Source: Octopus vulgaris | Taxonomy: Eukaryota | Direction: 5' to 3' | Length of the DNA stretch: 64,000 nt | NCBI GenBank assembly: GCA_951406725.2 | Contig: OX597828.1 | Span: forward strand, 28,892,001 to 28,956,000 | In this document: positions 25,331-39,417 of the stretch, in pieces | How the letters are laid out: each line of letters starts with the position of its first letter | Position numbering within the stretch: position 1 is the first letter of the stretch | The notes under the pieces: generated by a model | What the model saw: only the letters and a program-made list of their open reading frames with translations | What the model was told of the DNA's origin: nothing | Databases searched by the model: none | Position numbers and translations under genes: made by a program

Positions 25331-25821
25331 CTACTCTATCTTTCCTTCTCTCTCCCTCTTTCCTCCTCTCTCTATTCTTTCATTCTCAGTCACATTATCC
25401 ATGTAAGCTTCCAAATCGTTCTTCCTTTTCTCGCTCTCTCTTTGGTTTTGTATTTCCTCTTTTCTGTACCCCCTCCCACTCCTTCTCCATAACTTAGTCT
25501 TTCTCCTACTTACTCTACCTACACTTCTTTCTCGCTACCATCACCTCATCCTCTGAGCCTCTTTCTTTCCAAACTCTCTCCTTCCTCATCCCCCCCTTTC
25601 GCTCATCTCCTTCTTTGAGTGTTTCTCTCTATTCTTCTCACCCTTTCTGATATTCCCTTCTCTCTTCTTCTCTCAAATCCTATTCCCTTTACCTTCTCTT
25701 TGTCTTCCTCTTTACTTCACCAAGGCCTAGAGATTATGAACAACTACGACACCATCACCACCACCACCACCACCACCACCACAACCACCACCACCATCAA
25801 TGATAATAGTAATTATAATGT

Positions 25822-26260
25822 CTTCTAGATTTTGATACGAGGTCCGTAATTTTAAGGGGAGGGGCAAATCGATTACATTGAGCCTACTGCTTGATTGGTA
25901 TTTAATCTATCGACCCAGGAAGGATGACAGGGAAAGTTAACGCCAGCAAAATGCGAACTCAGCACGTTAAGCGTCGGAAACAATGCTACTAAACATTTTG
26001 TACGATGCACCAACGCGTCTGCCAGCAGGCTGCTTTAAAAATAATTCTTTCTAGTAAAGGTACAACGATCGAAATTTTGGGTGAGGAGCTAAATCGATTA
26101 CACCGACCCCAGTGTGTAACTGGTATTGTACTGTGTCCTTCTCGAAAGGATGAACAGCAAAGTCGACCTCGGCGGAATTTGAACTTAGAATGTAAAGACG
26201 GACGAAATGTCGCTAAGTATTTTGTCCGGCACGTTAATGATTCTGCCTGCTCGTCGCTTT
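25822..26260 (-). mobile_element. Two adjacent diverged SINE family B copies
   Basis: Cores at ~25905-25965 and ~26140-26200 (GAAAGGATGA..AAAGTCGACCTCGGCGGAATTTGAACT). Confidence 0.7.
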
Positions 26261-26360
26261 CCCTATAGTGATAACGATAACATCAGCAACAAAATTGTTG
26301 CTACCAACACAAACACTAAAACACATCGCCGCTACCAGCATCCCTATCATTATATCCTCA

Positions 26361-26541
26361 ACGGGAGCGGTTGTGTGGTAAGTAGCTTGCTTACCAACCA
26401 CATGGTTCCGGGTTCAGTCCCACTGCTTAGCACCTTGGGAAAGTGTTTTCTGCTATAGCCTCGGGCCGACCGAAGCCTTGTGAGTGGATTTGGTAGACAA
26501 AAACTGAAAGAAGCCCGTCGTATATATGTATATATATTTAA

Positions 26542-26601
<60 letters not shown>

Positions 26602-26826
26602 TTGTCTATGTTTGTGTGTCTGTGTTTGTCCCCCCAACATCGCTTGACAACCGATGCTGGTGTGTTTACGTTCCCGTAACTTAGCGGTTCGGCAAAAGAG
26701 AGAACGATAGAATAAGTACTAGGCTTACAAAGAATAAGATCTGGGGGTCGATTTGCTCGACTAAAGGCGGTGCTCCAGCATGGCTGCAGTCAAATGACTG
26801 AAACAAGTAAAAGAGTAAAAGAGTAA
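26361..26826 (+). mobile_element. SINE family A, near full length with expanded internal (TG)n
   Basis: High similarity to 44153-44570. Confidence 0.9.
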
Positions 26827-27041
26827 CGATCAGTGGAAAAACATCTTTACCCCCATCTGTAACACAAAGACGACGACGACAATAACAACAACAATAACAC
26901 AACAATCGGTCTTAATATAGAACCATCAACGCCATCGTTCAGAAGCGCTGATCCCTATTTCTGACTACTCCTCCCTGGACAATTCCCTTTTAAATGATTA
27001 TTTTCAGACATTTACAGTTATGCTTGCCACCACGTTTAATT

Positions 27042-27178
27042 TGTGTGTGTGTGGTGTATGTGAGTGCGTGTGTGTGTGTATGTGTGTGTGTGTGTGAGTG
27101 TGTGCATGTGTGCGTTCTGCGTGTGTGTGTATGCGCGTGTATGTGAGAGCACGCGGCGTTTGTGAATGTGGTGTGTGT

Positions 27179-27236
<58 letters not shown>

Positions 27237-27313
27237 ATGTGTGCGTTCTGCGTGTGTGTGTGTATGCGCGTGTATGTGAGAGCACGCGGCGTTTGTGAAT
27301 GTGGTGTGTGTAA

Positions 27314-27400
<87 letters not shown>
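27042..27400. repeat. (TG)n tract with a duplicated ~85-bp complex unit
   Basis: GCATGTGTGCGTTCTGCG...GAGAGCACGCGGCGTTTGTGAATGTGG occurs twice (~27104 and ~27235). Confidence 0.88.
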
Positions 27401-27402
<2 letters not shown>

Positions 27403-27703
27403 TATTAAAATGAGTTAGTGTGTGCATGTTTTGGGTGTGAATGTATATTTTTATAGGCTTGATAAATCACCATGACAACGAACGAGTTTCTTTTAAAAAC
27501 TACAGCATGCTTTTGTTGTTAGATCTCAAAGAACCGAGCAGGAGTCGAAAGAGGGGGCAGGGGGAGTGGGGTGAGAAGCTAGTTATTACTTGATGAATGT
27601 CGACAAAATTAAGTATATTATGGCGTCGCCTACTTTATATTGAAGGAACGAAGAAAACAAGAAGAGAAAGGAAGAAAGAAATAAGGGAAAAAAGAAGGCA
27701 GAG

Positions 27704-27754
<51 letters not shown>

Positions 27755-28029
27755 AAATAAGAGGGACAAAACAAATAATAAGAGGGGGGGGGCATTATAA
27801 AATAATAAAGATACAGACGAAGTATAACTGCATCTGATGAGTGAATCGCTCTGGATTCTAACTTCCGGTGCTAACACCAGTACCGGAAGAACGACCAATA
27901 TATTTTAATGTTCCTTTCAATGGTGGCTGATTTTGTAGAATGGGAAGCTAATACTATTGTGTGGAGAAAATACAGGGAAATCCCAGACATGCTTGTGAAT
28001 GAAAGGAACATTTTAAAGAAAGATATATT

Positions 28030-28179
28030 CAAGTAACAAAAAAAAATGAAAGAACGAGAAGAAAGAAAGAAAATCTTGATGATAATGGAACAGAAAAAGA
28101 AAGGTAGTAAGTGAATGAAATGGAAATGGAGAGATAGAGAAAATGATGAGGAAAGAATGATAATGACTTAGGCAGAATG

Positions 28180-28216
<37 letters not shown>

Positions 28217-28355
28217 GTGAAATAGATAGAGATAGAGAGACTGAAAGAGAGAATACAATAAAAGAGAGAGAGAACAATAAACAAGGGGAGGAGAGAAACG
28301 AAGGTAAAAATATAAAAGATACATACACACATACACATGCACACACGAACACATA

Positions 28356-28395
<40 letters not shown>

Positions 28396-28584
28396 AAGAG
28401 ACAGAAACAAAGAGACAGAAACAAAGAGACAGGCAGAGTGAGAGAGAAGAGAGACATTGAATTAGAGATGAAACACATGAAGAGAAGGAGTGAAACAACG
28501 AGAGTGAAAGAGGGAGAGAAAGAGATTGACTGTAGTAGGAAGAAAGAAAGATGAAATAAAAAGGAAAAACAAGGAGGTCGGAAA

Positions 28585-28624
<40 letters not shown>

Positions 28625-30290
28625 AAGAAAGAGGGGAGAAAGAGAGGAAGAGAAAGCGGGAGGCAGAAAGGGGGTAAAATTGAGAGAACGTAAGAGAAGC
28701 TAGTAAATGAATGAGTGAAGAAGCAAGTGAATAAAGGGTGAAGAGAATAAGTGAATGAAGGAGCAAATGAATGAGAGACTGTTTTAGAGGAAGTAGCAAG
28801 AGGTAAGGTGTGAGGGATGGCTCGGCAGTGGGGGAGGGGGGAGGTACAGAGAAACAATAGATAATATTGACAGAAATGGTAAACAGAAAAGAATGGTTTG
28901 GTGTATTGGAAGACATGGCATTTTGTGTAAAAGAATAAGATTTAGCAGAGAACGATTGGGTTGAAGGAAGAATGAAAGAAAGAGAGAAGAAGGAAGAATG
29001 AAGGAAATATAGAAGAAAGGAAAATATAAAAGGAGTGAAGAAGTGAAATAAGAGAGAAAGAAAGAAAGATAGAAAGAAAAAGAAAAGAAGAGAGAGAAAG
29101 AAGGAAAGAAATGCTGAAAGCGGGGGTGGGGTGGGAGTGGAGAAAGAATTTACAGAAGAGTAAGAGAGAAAACAAAAAAAACAAAGAATGAAGTAATAAA
29201 GGGAAAAGGAAGGTAAAAAAGAAATACAGGGAATGAAATGGTAAGAAGGAGAAGAAAGAAATACGAAAGTTAAGGAAGATGGAATGAAGAAACAAAGGGA
29301 TAAAAACAGAAAGAAAATACGAAAGATTGAAGGAGAAAAAGAAAATGAGCGATAAAGGGGGAAAGAAAGAAAGAGAGAAAGAAAAGCAGGAAAGAAGAAA
29401 GTGAGGCAGAGAAAGAAAAAGAAAAACAAAGCGAGGGGGAAAATAGGTAACATCGTTTCAATATTGGGAAAAAAACTGGAAATGAAAAGAACGAAGACGA
29501 AAAGAAAGAGAATAGGATTAGCTCTGAAGAAGAAGATAAAAATATAAGAAGGAATCACATCAAAAGAAGGAGTGGCGAAGAGTGAATGATAAACAGAGAT
29601 AAGGGTCTCAGACAACTAGGGAAACAGAAAAAAAGGTTAAGTAAGAAGAGTGGCACAAGGGAAGTAATCTAGAGAAACAAGTGGACGAAAAAATGGACGG
29701 AGGTTTAGCAACTAAAGCAAAATGAAATAAACACGAATGGCGATAGTGTGAAGTAGTTTTAAAAGAAAACAATCGTTATATGAAGGTGCAAAGAGGTTTA
29801 CCGATAAAGGAAGAAGTTACCAATAGAAAAAGAAAGGCAGGAGAAACAAAACGTAGAAAATGAATGGTTAGTAATGGACGATGTGAATAAACAGTGATAA
29901 ACTGTGAAAGCACACAAGGAGAGTAAAAGAAATAGGATGAGGAAAGAAATAGAGAATGGGGGGGAGGGACACAAGGAAAATAATAAAATACGTAAAGGTA
30001 GAGTGTATGTAAAGAGAGAAGATGGGAGGCGTGAAGTCATGGAAGAGTGAAAGAGAATTGGGAAGACAGAGAGAGAATAATTGGAAAGGCTAAGAGGATG
30101 AGTTTAAGTTGAATGAAGGAGAAAGAGAAGAGACAGGAATATGATAATGAATAAACTGAAGGAGATAATGGCGGTATTTGAGAGCTGGAGTTTGGAGAGA
30201 TGCGAGATGGTTGTGGTAGTAGTAGTAGTAGTAGTGAGAGTAGAGAAAATACAGAGAAGTGGTTCAACAGAAGTAGAATAGAGAAACTAC
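28030..30290. repeat. ~2.2-kb low-complexity polypurine (A/G) tract
   Basis: Strong A/G strand skew with embedded (GA)n; explains the F/L/S-rich minus-strand ORFs. Confidence 0.85.
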
Positions 30291-30360
30291 GAATACATAA
30301 TACATAAATACATACATACATACATACATACATACCTACATACATACATACATATATACA

Positions 30361-30394
<34 letters not shown>

Positions 30395-30900
30395 CGTACA
30401 TACATACATAGATACATACATGCATGCATGCATACATACATACATACATACATACATACATACATACATGCATGCATACATACATACATACATACATACA
30501 TACATACATACATACATACATTAATACATACATACATTAATACATACATACATACATACATACATACATACATACATACATACATACATACATACATACA
30601 TGCGTGCATACATACATATGTAAGAATCTGAAAATTATGATATGAACTCCATTAGCTGACAGACTCTTTGGCAACAGGATACGCTGCACTCAGAGCTGAA
30701 TGCTTGTGCACCTTATAGCAGAAACAACCGTTACCTTATGAAGTTCATCTGATAATTTCCTGTTCCTTTATTTTCATAATACGCTCTGCACCCGACTAAC
30801 GCTTTATTCTGAAGCGAATGTGCATTGAGTTCTAACACCAGCTTATTGTTATAGCTACGCCTACTCGAAACATATATATATATATATATATATACATACA

Positions 30901-30996
<96 letters not shown>

Positions 30997-31443
30997 ATTA
31001 TTAGAGACAAAACCACTATTTTGCATACATACATACATACATACATACATACATACATACATACATACATACATACATACATACCAATCAGTGTATCATA
31101 CTTAAAAGAGATGCCTCATAAAAATGCCTAATCAACTGAAGTATTCGTTCTAAGAGAATATCTCTTACTGTTAAAAATACACAATATATTAGCATCGGTG
31201 GTGGTGGTTAGATACATATTTCTGTTACTTTGGGACTCGTCAGTCGCCTGTATCAGTCGAAGCTGATGAATCCCAGCACGCATATTATAATATAGAGTGT
31301 GAGCGGAAGAATTAAATTATGCAAGAATATTTAGCAGAGGTGGCAGAGTGTGTCAAGGGCTGAGAAGTTCTTGCGTTAGTTGGATAAGTGCTAACGTACG
31401 AAACTCTCTGCTCTTGAGTCACTCTCTTACTTCTGCTAAATAT

Positions 31444-31499
<56 letters not shown>

Positions 31500-31502
<3 letters not shown>

Positions 31503-31705
31503 TAATCCATCGCCATATTGCGGTGCACCTATCTCGCACTCAGTACATCGCGGATTTTTCTGGCTAATATATGTAAATTTATATCGCGGACACCTCAGTA
31601 TTTTGCGGGTTTCTGCGACCAACAGATATTTACATCTCTTTAGATTTTAATTATTTCTGTGGGAGGTTTTGGAAAGTAACATCCGCGATAGTCGAAGGAT
31701 TACTG
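31500..31705. mobile_element. pogo/Tigger-type MITE
   Basis: TA|CAGTAATCCATCGCCATATTGCGG ... CCGCGATAGTCGAAGGATTACTG TIRs; second copy at 35768-36065. Confidence 0.82.
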
Positions 31706-31706
31706 C

Positions 31707-31761
<55 letters not shown>

Positions 31762-31807
31762 CACACACTGTTTATATATATGTGTGTGTGTGTGTGTGTA
31801 TGTATCT

Positions 31808-32036
31808 TTTACCTTTTAGTTGTTTCTGTCATTAGACTGTGACCATACTGGGGCACCGCCTTGGAGAATTTGTAGTCGAATGATTAAACTCCAGTACTTA
31901 TTATATATGTTTTCAAGCCTGATTCCTATTCTATCGATCGCTTGCCGAACCGCTAAGTTACGGAGACGTAAACACACCAACATCTGTTGTCAGTCTTTGG
32001 TGGAAGACAAACACAGACACAGAAACACAAACACAT
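31808..32036 (-). mobile_element. SINE family A 3' half, diverged
   Basis: GCCGAACCGCTAAGTTACGGAGACGTAAACACACCA; tail GACTGTGACCATACTGGGGCACCGCC. Confidence 0.75.
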
Positions 32037-32103
32037 AGATGTATACATACATACATACATACATACATACATACATACATACATACATACATACATACAT
32101 ACA

Positions 32104-32134
<31 letters not shown>

Positions 32135-32136
32135 GT

Positions 32137-32414
32137 ACAACTTATAAATAAGGGCAAACGAAAAAATTTCTAATGCCAAATATGCCGAAATTGGACATAT
32201 TGTCCATAACCATATAATTTTTCACAATATGCACGCTACTCGAAAAAAAAAAGGCCGACAGAAATTTCTAAAAAATTCCATTATTACCATATCGGACCGA
32301 TTTCAGGGTTAGTTCGTAGCGTATTGTGAAAAATTATATGGTTATGGACAATATGTCCAATTTCGGCATATTTGGCATCAGAAATTTTTTCGTTTGCCCT
32401 TATTTATAAGTTGT
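32137..32414. mobile_element. Foldback/MITE-like element with 93-bp inverted arms
   Basis: 32137-32229 and 32322-32414 are reverse complements with one visible mismatch. Confidence 0.8.
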
Positions 32415-32529
32415 TTATAATTTTAACCTTTAAAGGTATTTTTTAATATGCTGGCCATTGATAAAATATTTTTTTCGAAAAAAATTTTATCCTACATTAA
32501 ATATACATATATATGTATGTATATATACG

Positions 32530-32604
<75 letters not shown>

Positions 32605-33100
32605 ATGTGTACACATGTATATGCGTGTATGTATCTGCGTAATGTGCTCGAACAGCTCCTCATCATCACTAACCTCAACGCAATTATAATTACCACCGCA
32701 AACTCAATCACACTTCTTCCTCATCATCCTCCCGTTCGCCATCTTAGAAGAACCTACTTCAGCGTCCGCTCACATTTCAACCCCGCCGCACACGTCACGT
32801 AAAATGGAGTTTTAAAACAGCTTTGACAATCATTAAGAGATTCACACCAGAAAGATTATGCAATGTGTGTGCCTGTGTGTGTGCAATGTGCGTGTGTATG
32901 TGTGTGTACAGTAATCCCAGTGTGCGTGTGTGACTGTGGGCATTTGTGTGTATATATGCGCATATATAAATATATATATGTTTATTCGTATGTGAGTATA
33001 TATATGTGCACGTGTGAGTGTGACTGGGCATATATATATGCATATATGTATGTTTGTATACATATATATATATATGTATGTTTATATATGTATATATATG

Positions 33101-33131
<31 letters not shown>

Positions 33132-33330
33132 TTATTTGTACATCAGTGTAAATGTGTGTGTTGTGTGTGTTGTGTGTGAATGTGTGTTCGAATATGTAAG
33201 TGTATGCGTGTGGATGTTTGAGACAGATAGTGTGTGTGTGTGTGTGTAAGTGTGCATGCATGAGAGTATGTGTATGAATGTACGTTTATACATATACATA
33301 TATGTGTGTGTGCATGTGAGTGCATGTAGT

Positions 33331-33361
<31 letters not shown>

Positions 33362-33500
33362 TACTACTACTACTACTACCACCACCACCACCACCACCAC
33401 TACTACTACTACTACTACAAATAGCAGAAGTGATAGCAGCAGCACCTTAGTAGTAGTTGTTGTAGTAGTTGTAGTAGTAGTAGTAGTGGTAGTAGTAGTA

Positions 33501-33566
<66 letters not shown>
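33331..33566. repeat. (CTA)n...(TAG)n inverted trinucleotide tracts
   Basis: Seen directly; the two tracts are complementary and separated by a ~30-bp spacer. Confidence 0.88.
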
Positions 33567-33567
<1 letters not shown>

Positions 33568-33849
33568 GGTGAATGTGACAGGGGACAATAGACAGGTTTA
33601 GCCCATTAGCCAACGGAAGCAGCCGATAGGGAAGATGTGTGATATATAGGGAAGAGAGAGAATCGTCCATTGTTTGTTTGTGACAATGTGAAATGACCTT
33701 AGCATGGGATAAGGCTTATCGTTGCGAAACAAGCTGGTTTAGCTGTTTTGGAGAGGATGCGGCGGTTGAGAGTGGACGGGTAGAGGGATTAATGAGAGAG
33801 AGAGAGAGAGAGAGAGAGCTGCTTGTGACAGATATAGTGTGGAGAGTGG

Positions 33850-33880
<31 letters not shown>

Positions 33881-33947
33881 AGGGAAAGGGAAAGAGAAAG
33901 AGAGAATGCAAGGAATACCGAGACAGCCTGTAAGATATGCATGTTTC

Positions 33948-34011
<64 letters not shown>

Positions 34012-34048
34012 ATGTATGTATGTATGTATATATATATATATTTATATA

Positions 34049-34112
<64 letters not shown>

Positions 34113-34154
34113 TATACATATATATATATATATGTATATGTGTATATATATGTA

Positions 34155-34389
34155 TTGGTTTGATGCATAATTATTGCGGCTTATTTTCAACAAATTTTAT
34201 TCAACAAAAACAATAACAACACGTAACAAAACCATCTTCACATGATTATTCCGGAGCATATTCACCATCTACTTCAATTACTGCTTCCCTTTTGCTTGGC
34301 AGACGGTCAGACCGTCATTTAAAGATGTTTTTGTTGAATAAAATTTGTTGAAACAAAAAACGCGCGGCAATAATTATGCACCAACCCAA
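34155..34389 (-). mobile_element. Internally deleted mariner derivative (MITE)
   Basis: TA|TTGGTTTGATGCATAATTATTGC ... GCAATAATTATGCACCAACCCAA|TA; the interior keeps the transposase C-terminus LPSKREAVIEVDGEYAPE* on the minus strand. Confidence 0.85.
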
Positions 34390-34899
34390 TATGTATATGT
34401 GTGCGTGTGTGTGTGTGCGTGTGTGTGTGTGTGTGTGTGTATGTGTGTGTGTGTGTGTGTATGTGTGTGTGCGTGTGTTACAGTAATATCAGCGCCAAGC
34501 AGTGTTTAGGCATAAACGAAGTTTAGATTCGTTATAATATGTTTGTGATATATTTCAACTTCCAAAGGTAAGTTCTGTGCCGTTACCAGGGGGACACAGA
34601 AAAACTCTCTCTTATAATAATAAAAAAAAAGGTGTAAAAGCACTATATATGTCCAGTGCTCCCACCTGTCGGATTCCCATATATATATATATATATACGC
34701 ACACATAAACTTCTCAAAAAAGGTTAGTAAAATCCTCATAACAGATTCCAGAACATTTTTTAAAAAATGATTTTTTTGAAATATCACCTTTTCACTTCAA
34801 AATGAAGCAATCCTCATAGACTTTCAAATACACAGGCACACACTCACACAGACACACACACACACACAAATATATGAGTTTGTGTACCTTTGTACCTTT

Positions 34900-35095
34900 G
34901 TGTCCTAGTTGTGCCCTGTCACCACTTGACAACCGGTGTTGGTGTGTTTACGCATTTGTAATTTAGCGGTTCGACATAACCTATAGAATAAATATCGACA
35001 TAACCTAAAGAATAAATATCGGGATCGATTCGTTCGACTAATATTCTTTAGGCCGGTGCCCCAGCATGGCCGCAGTCTAATAAAAGATAATAGAT
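34900..35095 (+). mobile_element. SINE family A 3' half, diverged
   Basis: CTTGACAACCGGTGTTGGTGTGTTTACG..GGTGCCCCAGCATGGCCGCAGTC. Confidence 0.72.
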
Positions 35096-35767
35096 AAATG
35101 ATATATATATATATATAAGCATAAATATATAGGAATATATGAATGTTTGTGTGTGTGAGTGTATGTATGTGTGTGTGTTTTATGTTTGTATTCAGAGCTG
35201 TGGATTAGCAGAATCTTTAGAGCTTTGAACAAAATCCTTTGGTGCACTTTGGTTCAGGTTGTTTTTGGTCAGAGTTCAAATCTCAGCGAAGTGAAATTCA
35301 CTTTTTAATTTCCCTAGGTCGATAAAATAAAGCCCTAGACAAATATTGGCGACGATATAATCATCGTAATATTCCAACTGAAGTTGAGGTCTTACAACCT
35401 TTCTCAGAAACTGTCAACGGAATAAAGTAAATTGGCAGGGGACAAAATGCCATGCGATATTTCGTTCGCTTTCTTTCGTTCGCTGCAGTTAGCTTTGCTG
35501 TTCATCTTCCTAGGGTCGATAAAATAAAGTATCAGTCTAATGCAAGGGGTGAATTGGTCGAGGCACCGTTTATCACAAATCTCTAGACTTGCACCTCGAT
35601 TAGAAACAAATATATTATTATTGGGTAGCGGTGAGAGGTGGCATGCAGGAAAATGTCTGGTGGAATTTCATCCCTTCTGAGTTCAAATGCTGCCGAGGTC
35701 AACTTTGCCATTCATCTTTCTTTGGGTTCGATAAAATAGGTAACAGCCAAGGGCTGGAATCGATGTA

Positions 35768-35908
35768 CAGTAATCCCTCGCCATATCGCGGTTCACTTAT
35801 CGCGGTTTATTATTTAATATTACGTCGATTTCTCCGTGGTGTAGTTTTGCATTTATAAAATAAATATATACAAATTATAAAAATAAAAATAAAAATAATG
35901 ATAATGAC

Positions 35909-35978
<70 letters not shown>

Positions 35979-36065
35979 TACAGTACAGTACTGTTTCTAC
36001 TTCGCGGATTTTCATCTATCGCGGTGGGTTTTGAAACGTAACACCCGCGATAGTCGAGGGATTAG
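35768..36065. mobile_element. pogo/Tigger-type MITE nested in a SINE B copy
   Basis: TA|CAGTAATCCCTCGCCATATCGCGG ... CCGCGATAGTCGAGGGATTAG|TA; it splits the SINE motif TCGATG-TAATCGACT. Confidence 0.82.
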
Positions 36066-36177
36066 TATAATCGACTATGCTCTGTGCCTATCATACAAAG
36101 GGATTTATTTCCTCCATCACTAACTGTATATTTATATAAAGTTACACATGTCTATGTTTATTGTGTACTATGTATCT

Positions 36178-36223
<46 letters not shown>

Positions 36224-36539
36224 GCGTACACACACACGCGCGCGCGCAAACGCACACACACACGTATGCACTTAATATTAACCTCTGCGGTCTTCGTCAC
36301 AAGCGTTAATTAAACATAGAAATATTAACAAACGTATGGGGGACAATAGAATCCAAGGAGTTGAACTCAGTATTTAACTAAATATATTTTACTCCTTGTT
36401 CGCCAAACACCATAAACAGGTGGGGGGGGGGTTCACCGTAAAACGATGAGTTTTATGCTCGAAGACGAGCACAAAACTTTGGAATAGACTTAGAATTTTA
36501 CACTTTCTTAAGTAGGCACACATACAAATACAGAGGCGA

Positions 36540-37100
36540 GTGTGTATGTATGTATGGGTGCATGTATGTATGTATGTATGTATGTATGTATGTATGTATG
36601 TATGTAGGTATGTGTGTATGAATGTATGTGTGTATGTATGTGTGTATGTATGTATGTGTGTGTGTATGTATGTATGTATGTATGTATGTATGTATGTATG
36701 TATGTATGTATGTATGTATGTATGTATGTATGTAGGTATGTGTGTATGAATGTATGTGTGTATGTATGTGTGTATGTATGTATGTGTGTGTGTATGTATG
36801 TATGTATGTATGTATGTTTGTATGTATGTATGTATGTGTAGGTATGTGTGTATGTATGTATGTGTGTATGTATGTATGTGTGTATGTATGTATGTATGTA
36901 TGTATGTATGTATGTATGTATGTATGTATGTATGTATGTATGTGTAGGTATGTGTGTATGTATGTATGTATGTATGTATGTATGTATGTATGTATGTGTG
37001 TAGGTATGTGAGTAGGCATGTGTGTATGTATGTGTGTATGTATGTATGTGTGTAGGTATGTGTGTAGGTATGTGTGTATGTATATATGTATGTGTGTGTG
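36540..37100. repeat. (TATG)n microsatellite array
   Basis: Seen directly. Confidence 0.93.
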
Positions 37101-37139
37101 CAGATTTGTATGTTTTACTTCACGTGTGCATTCTCATGC

Positions 37140-37345
37140 ATATAGTTGCATATCTAGTCATGGTCAAATTTTTACAGTTCCATTGATGGATTGCATCTGT
37201 AGTCTTCGAATAAGCTTTCTCCTTTCTGGTTTTGAGAAGCCCAGTTCCTCAAGATTGATACTTAGGCAGTATGTTTACATATCACAGGACCCCAATAATT
37301 ACAGGTATAAACCTGAACTTGTAATTTGAATAGAATATCTGCAGA
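37140..37345 (-). pseudogene. 3' fragment of a non-LTR retrotransposon with restriction-like endonuclease (RLE), in (TATG)n
   Basis: Minus strand LQIFYSNYKFRFIPVIIGVL*YV / CLSINLEELGFSKPERRKLIRRLQMQSINGTVKI resembles the RLE C-terminal IPxxIGxLG ... LQ..GT pattern. Confidence 0.6.
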
Positions 37346-38198
37346 TGTATGCATGTAAGAATGTATGTATGCATGTATGCATGTATGTATGTATGTATGT
37401 ATGTATGTATGTATGTATGTATGTATGTATGGATGGATGGATGGATGGATGTATGTATGTATGTATGTATGTATGGATGGATGGATGGATGGATGTATAG
37501 TTGTATGTATGTATGTATGCATGTATGAAGGTACGTATGTAGGTATGTAGGTAGCTTAATATGAATGTCTGTATGGATGTACATGTGTGTGCGTGCGCAT
37601 GTTTGTATGCGTGTACTTACGTGCATGTACATATACATATATGTGTGTACATGTATGTATGTGAGTATGCAAGTATATGTGTATGTATGTATACTCACAC
37701 ACACACAGATGCATATATATATATATGTGTATGTGTGTGTGTGTCAAGGTTCCGTAATATAAATTTAAGTGTATTTTTGCTTAACTATACGTGCGCGCGC
37801 GCGCGCGTGTGTGTGTATGCAATACGCATGTCTGCACGTGAGTCTGGGTGCCTGTTAGAGTTTACACAATGAAGTTTATATAAGTTTCAATATGTATCGA
37901 AAACAGAGATATAACTTTTATGAACATTTCTCTCTTCTTCAAACACACACACACACGCACACACGTGGATAGGCATATGTGTGTGCATATGTGTATGTGC
38001 CTTTATATATTTTCGTGTACTCGTGTGTCAGCGTGTGAATGCATGTATTCGTGTATGTGCATGCTTGAAAGTATGTGGATGTGAGAAGATACACACATAT
38101 ATGTACACACACACATGTATGTATGTATTCATATAACATATATAAATGTGTGTGTGTGTATTTATATAAATATATATGTAAATATATGCACATGTATC

Positions 38199-38252
<54 letters not shown>

Positions 38253-38349
38253 TGAATATATATATGTACGCATATATATATACATGTATCTTTATCTTTC
38301 TATCCATCCCCCTCTGTCCATCTGCCTATCTATCTATCTACCTATCTAT

Positions 38350-38398
<49 letters not shown>

Positions 38399-38434
38399 AG
38401 TCTATCTGTCTATCTATCTATCCATCCATCCATC

Positions 38435-38506
<72 letters not shown>

Positions 38507-38851
38507 CAATATGCATGTCTGAATGAATGCCTTTATTCATGTGTGTGTGTGTCTGCCTGTGCATACGTCTGGAGATGTTGCATGGCTGTGAGGAGCTACT
38601 CTGGAAACAAGTCATAGTTTGATGTTTCCCTGAATGCTCTCCAGTTGTCAAATTCTCTGCGATTGTTTAGAAACAAGAAGAGTCAGCTAGCATAGCGTAA
38701 ACTTTCAAGCTGGGGCTATGACTTTACAATTCAACTTAAAAAAATATCGCCGCAATATATTCCACATATTCATGCGTTTATAATTCAATAACAATAAGAA
38801 ATGAGCAACACCATAAATATAAACGGGAAGCGCATCTATCTACACCCATAT

Positions 38852-38937
<86 letters not shown>

Positions 38938-39071
38938 AGAGAGAGAGAGAAGGAGAGACAGAAAGAGATTGACATATATAGATGTGTAATCATATTGACA
39001 TATATATATATATATACATACACGCTCACATATATATGTGTTTGTACGCGTGTAAGAGTGTGTGTGTGTTG

Positions 39072-39119
<48 letters not shown>

Positions 39120-39329
39120 CGTGCGTATTCGGGTCATCCTATTTTCAACTGCTTCTTTTTTTTCTACTTTTCGAGAGTTAGCTTTTTTTTTTTGTTTTTA
39201 GATATTTTTTTGAGATAAAAAAAATATTTGGAATTTTTTTATTATATTTCACTTTTTTAGTTTTATATTTTTTTATATTTTTACGATTGTTTCAGAATAT
39301 ATGCCTGTCAGAAAACAGAAGTATAGTGA

Positions 39330-39417
<88 letters not shown>

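Noticed and set aside
27820-27896. CTGATGAG followed by two hairpins (GAATC/GATTC, CTTCCGGT/ACCGGAAG)
   Set aside because: No GAAA at the required position after helix II, so a hammerhead core cannot be completed.
28623-29615. 330-aa F/S/L-rich ORF that looks like a membrane protein
   Set aside because: It is the complement of a polypurine low-complexity tract with no domain motifs.
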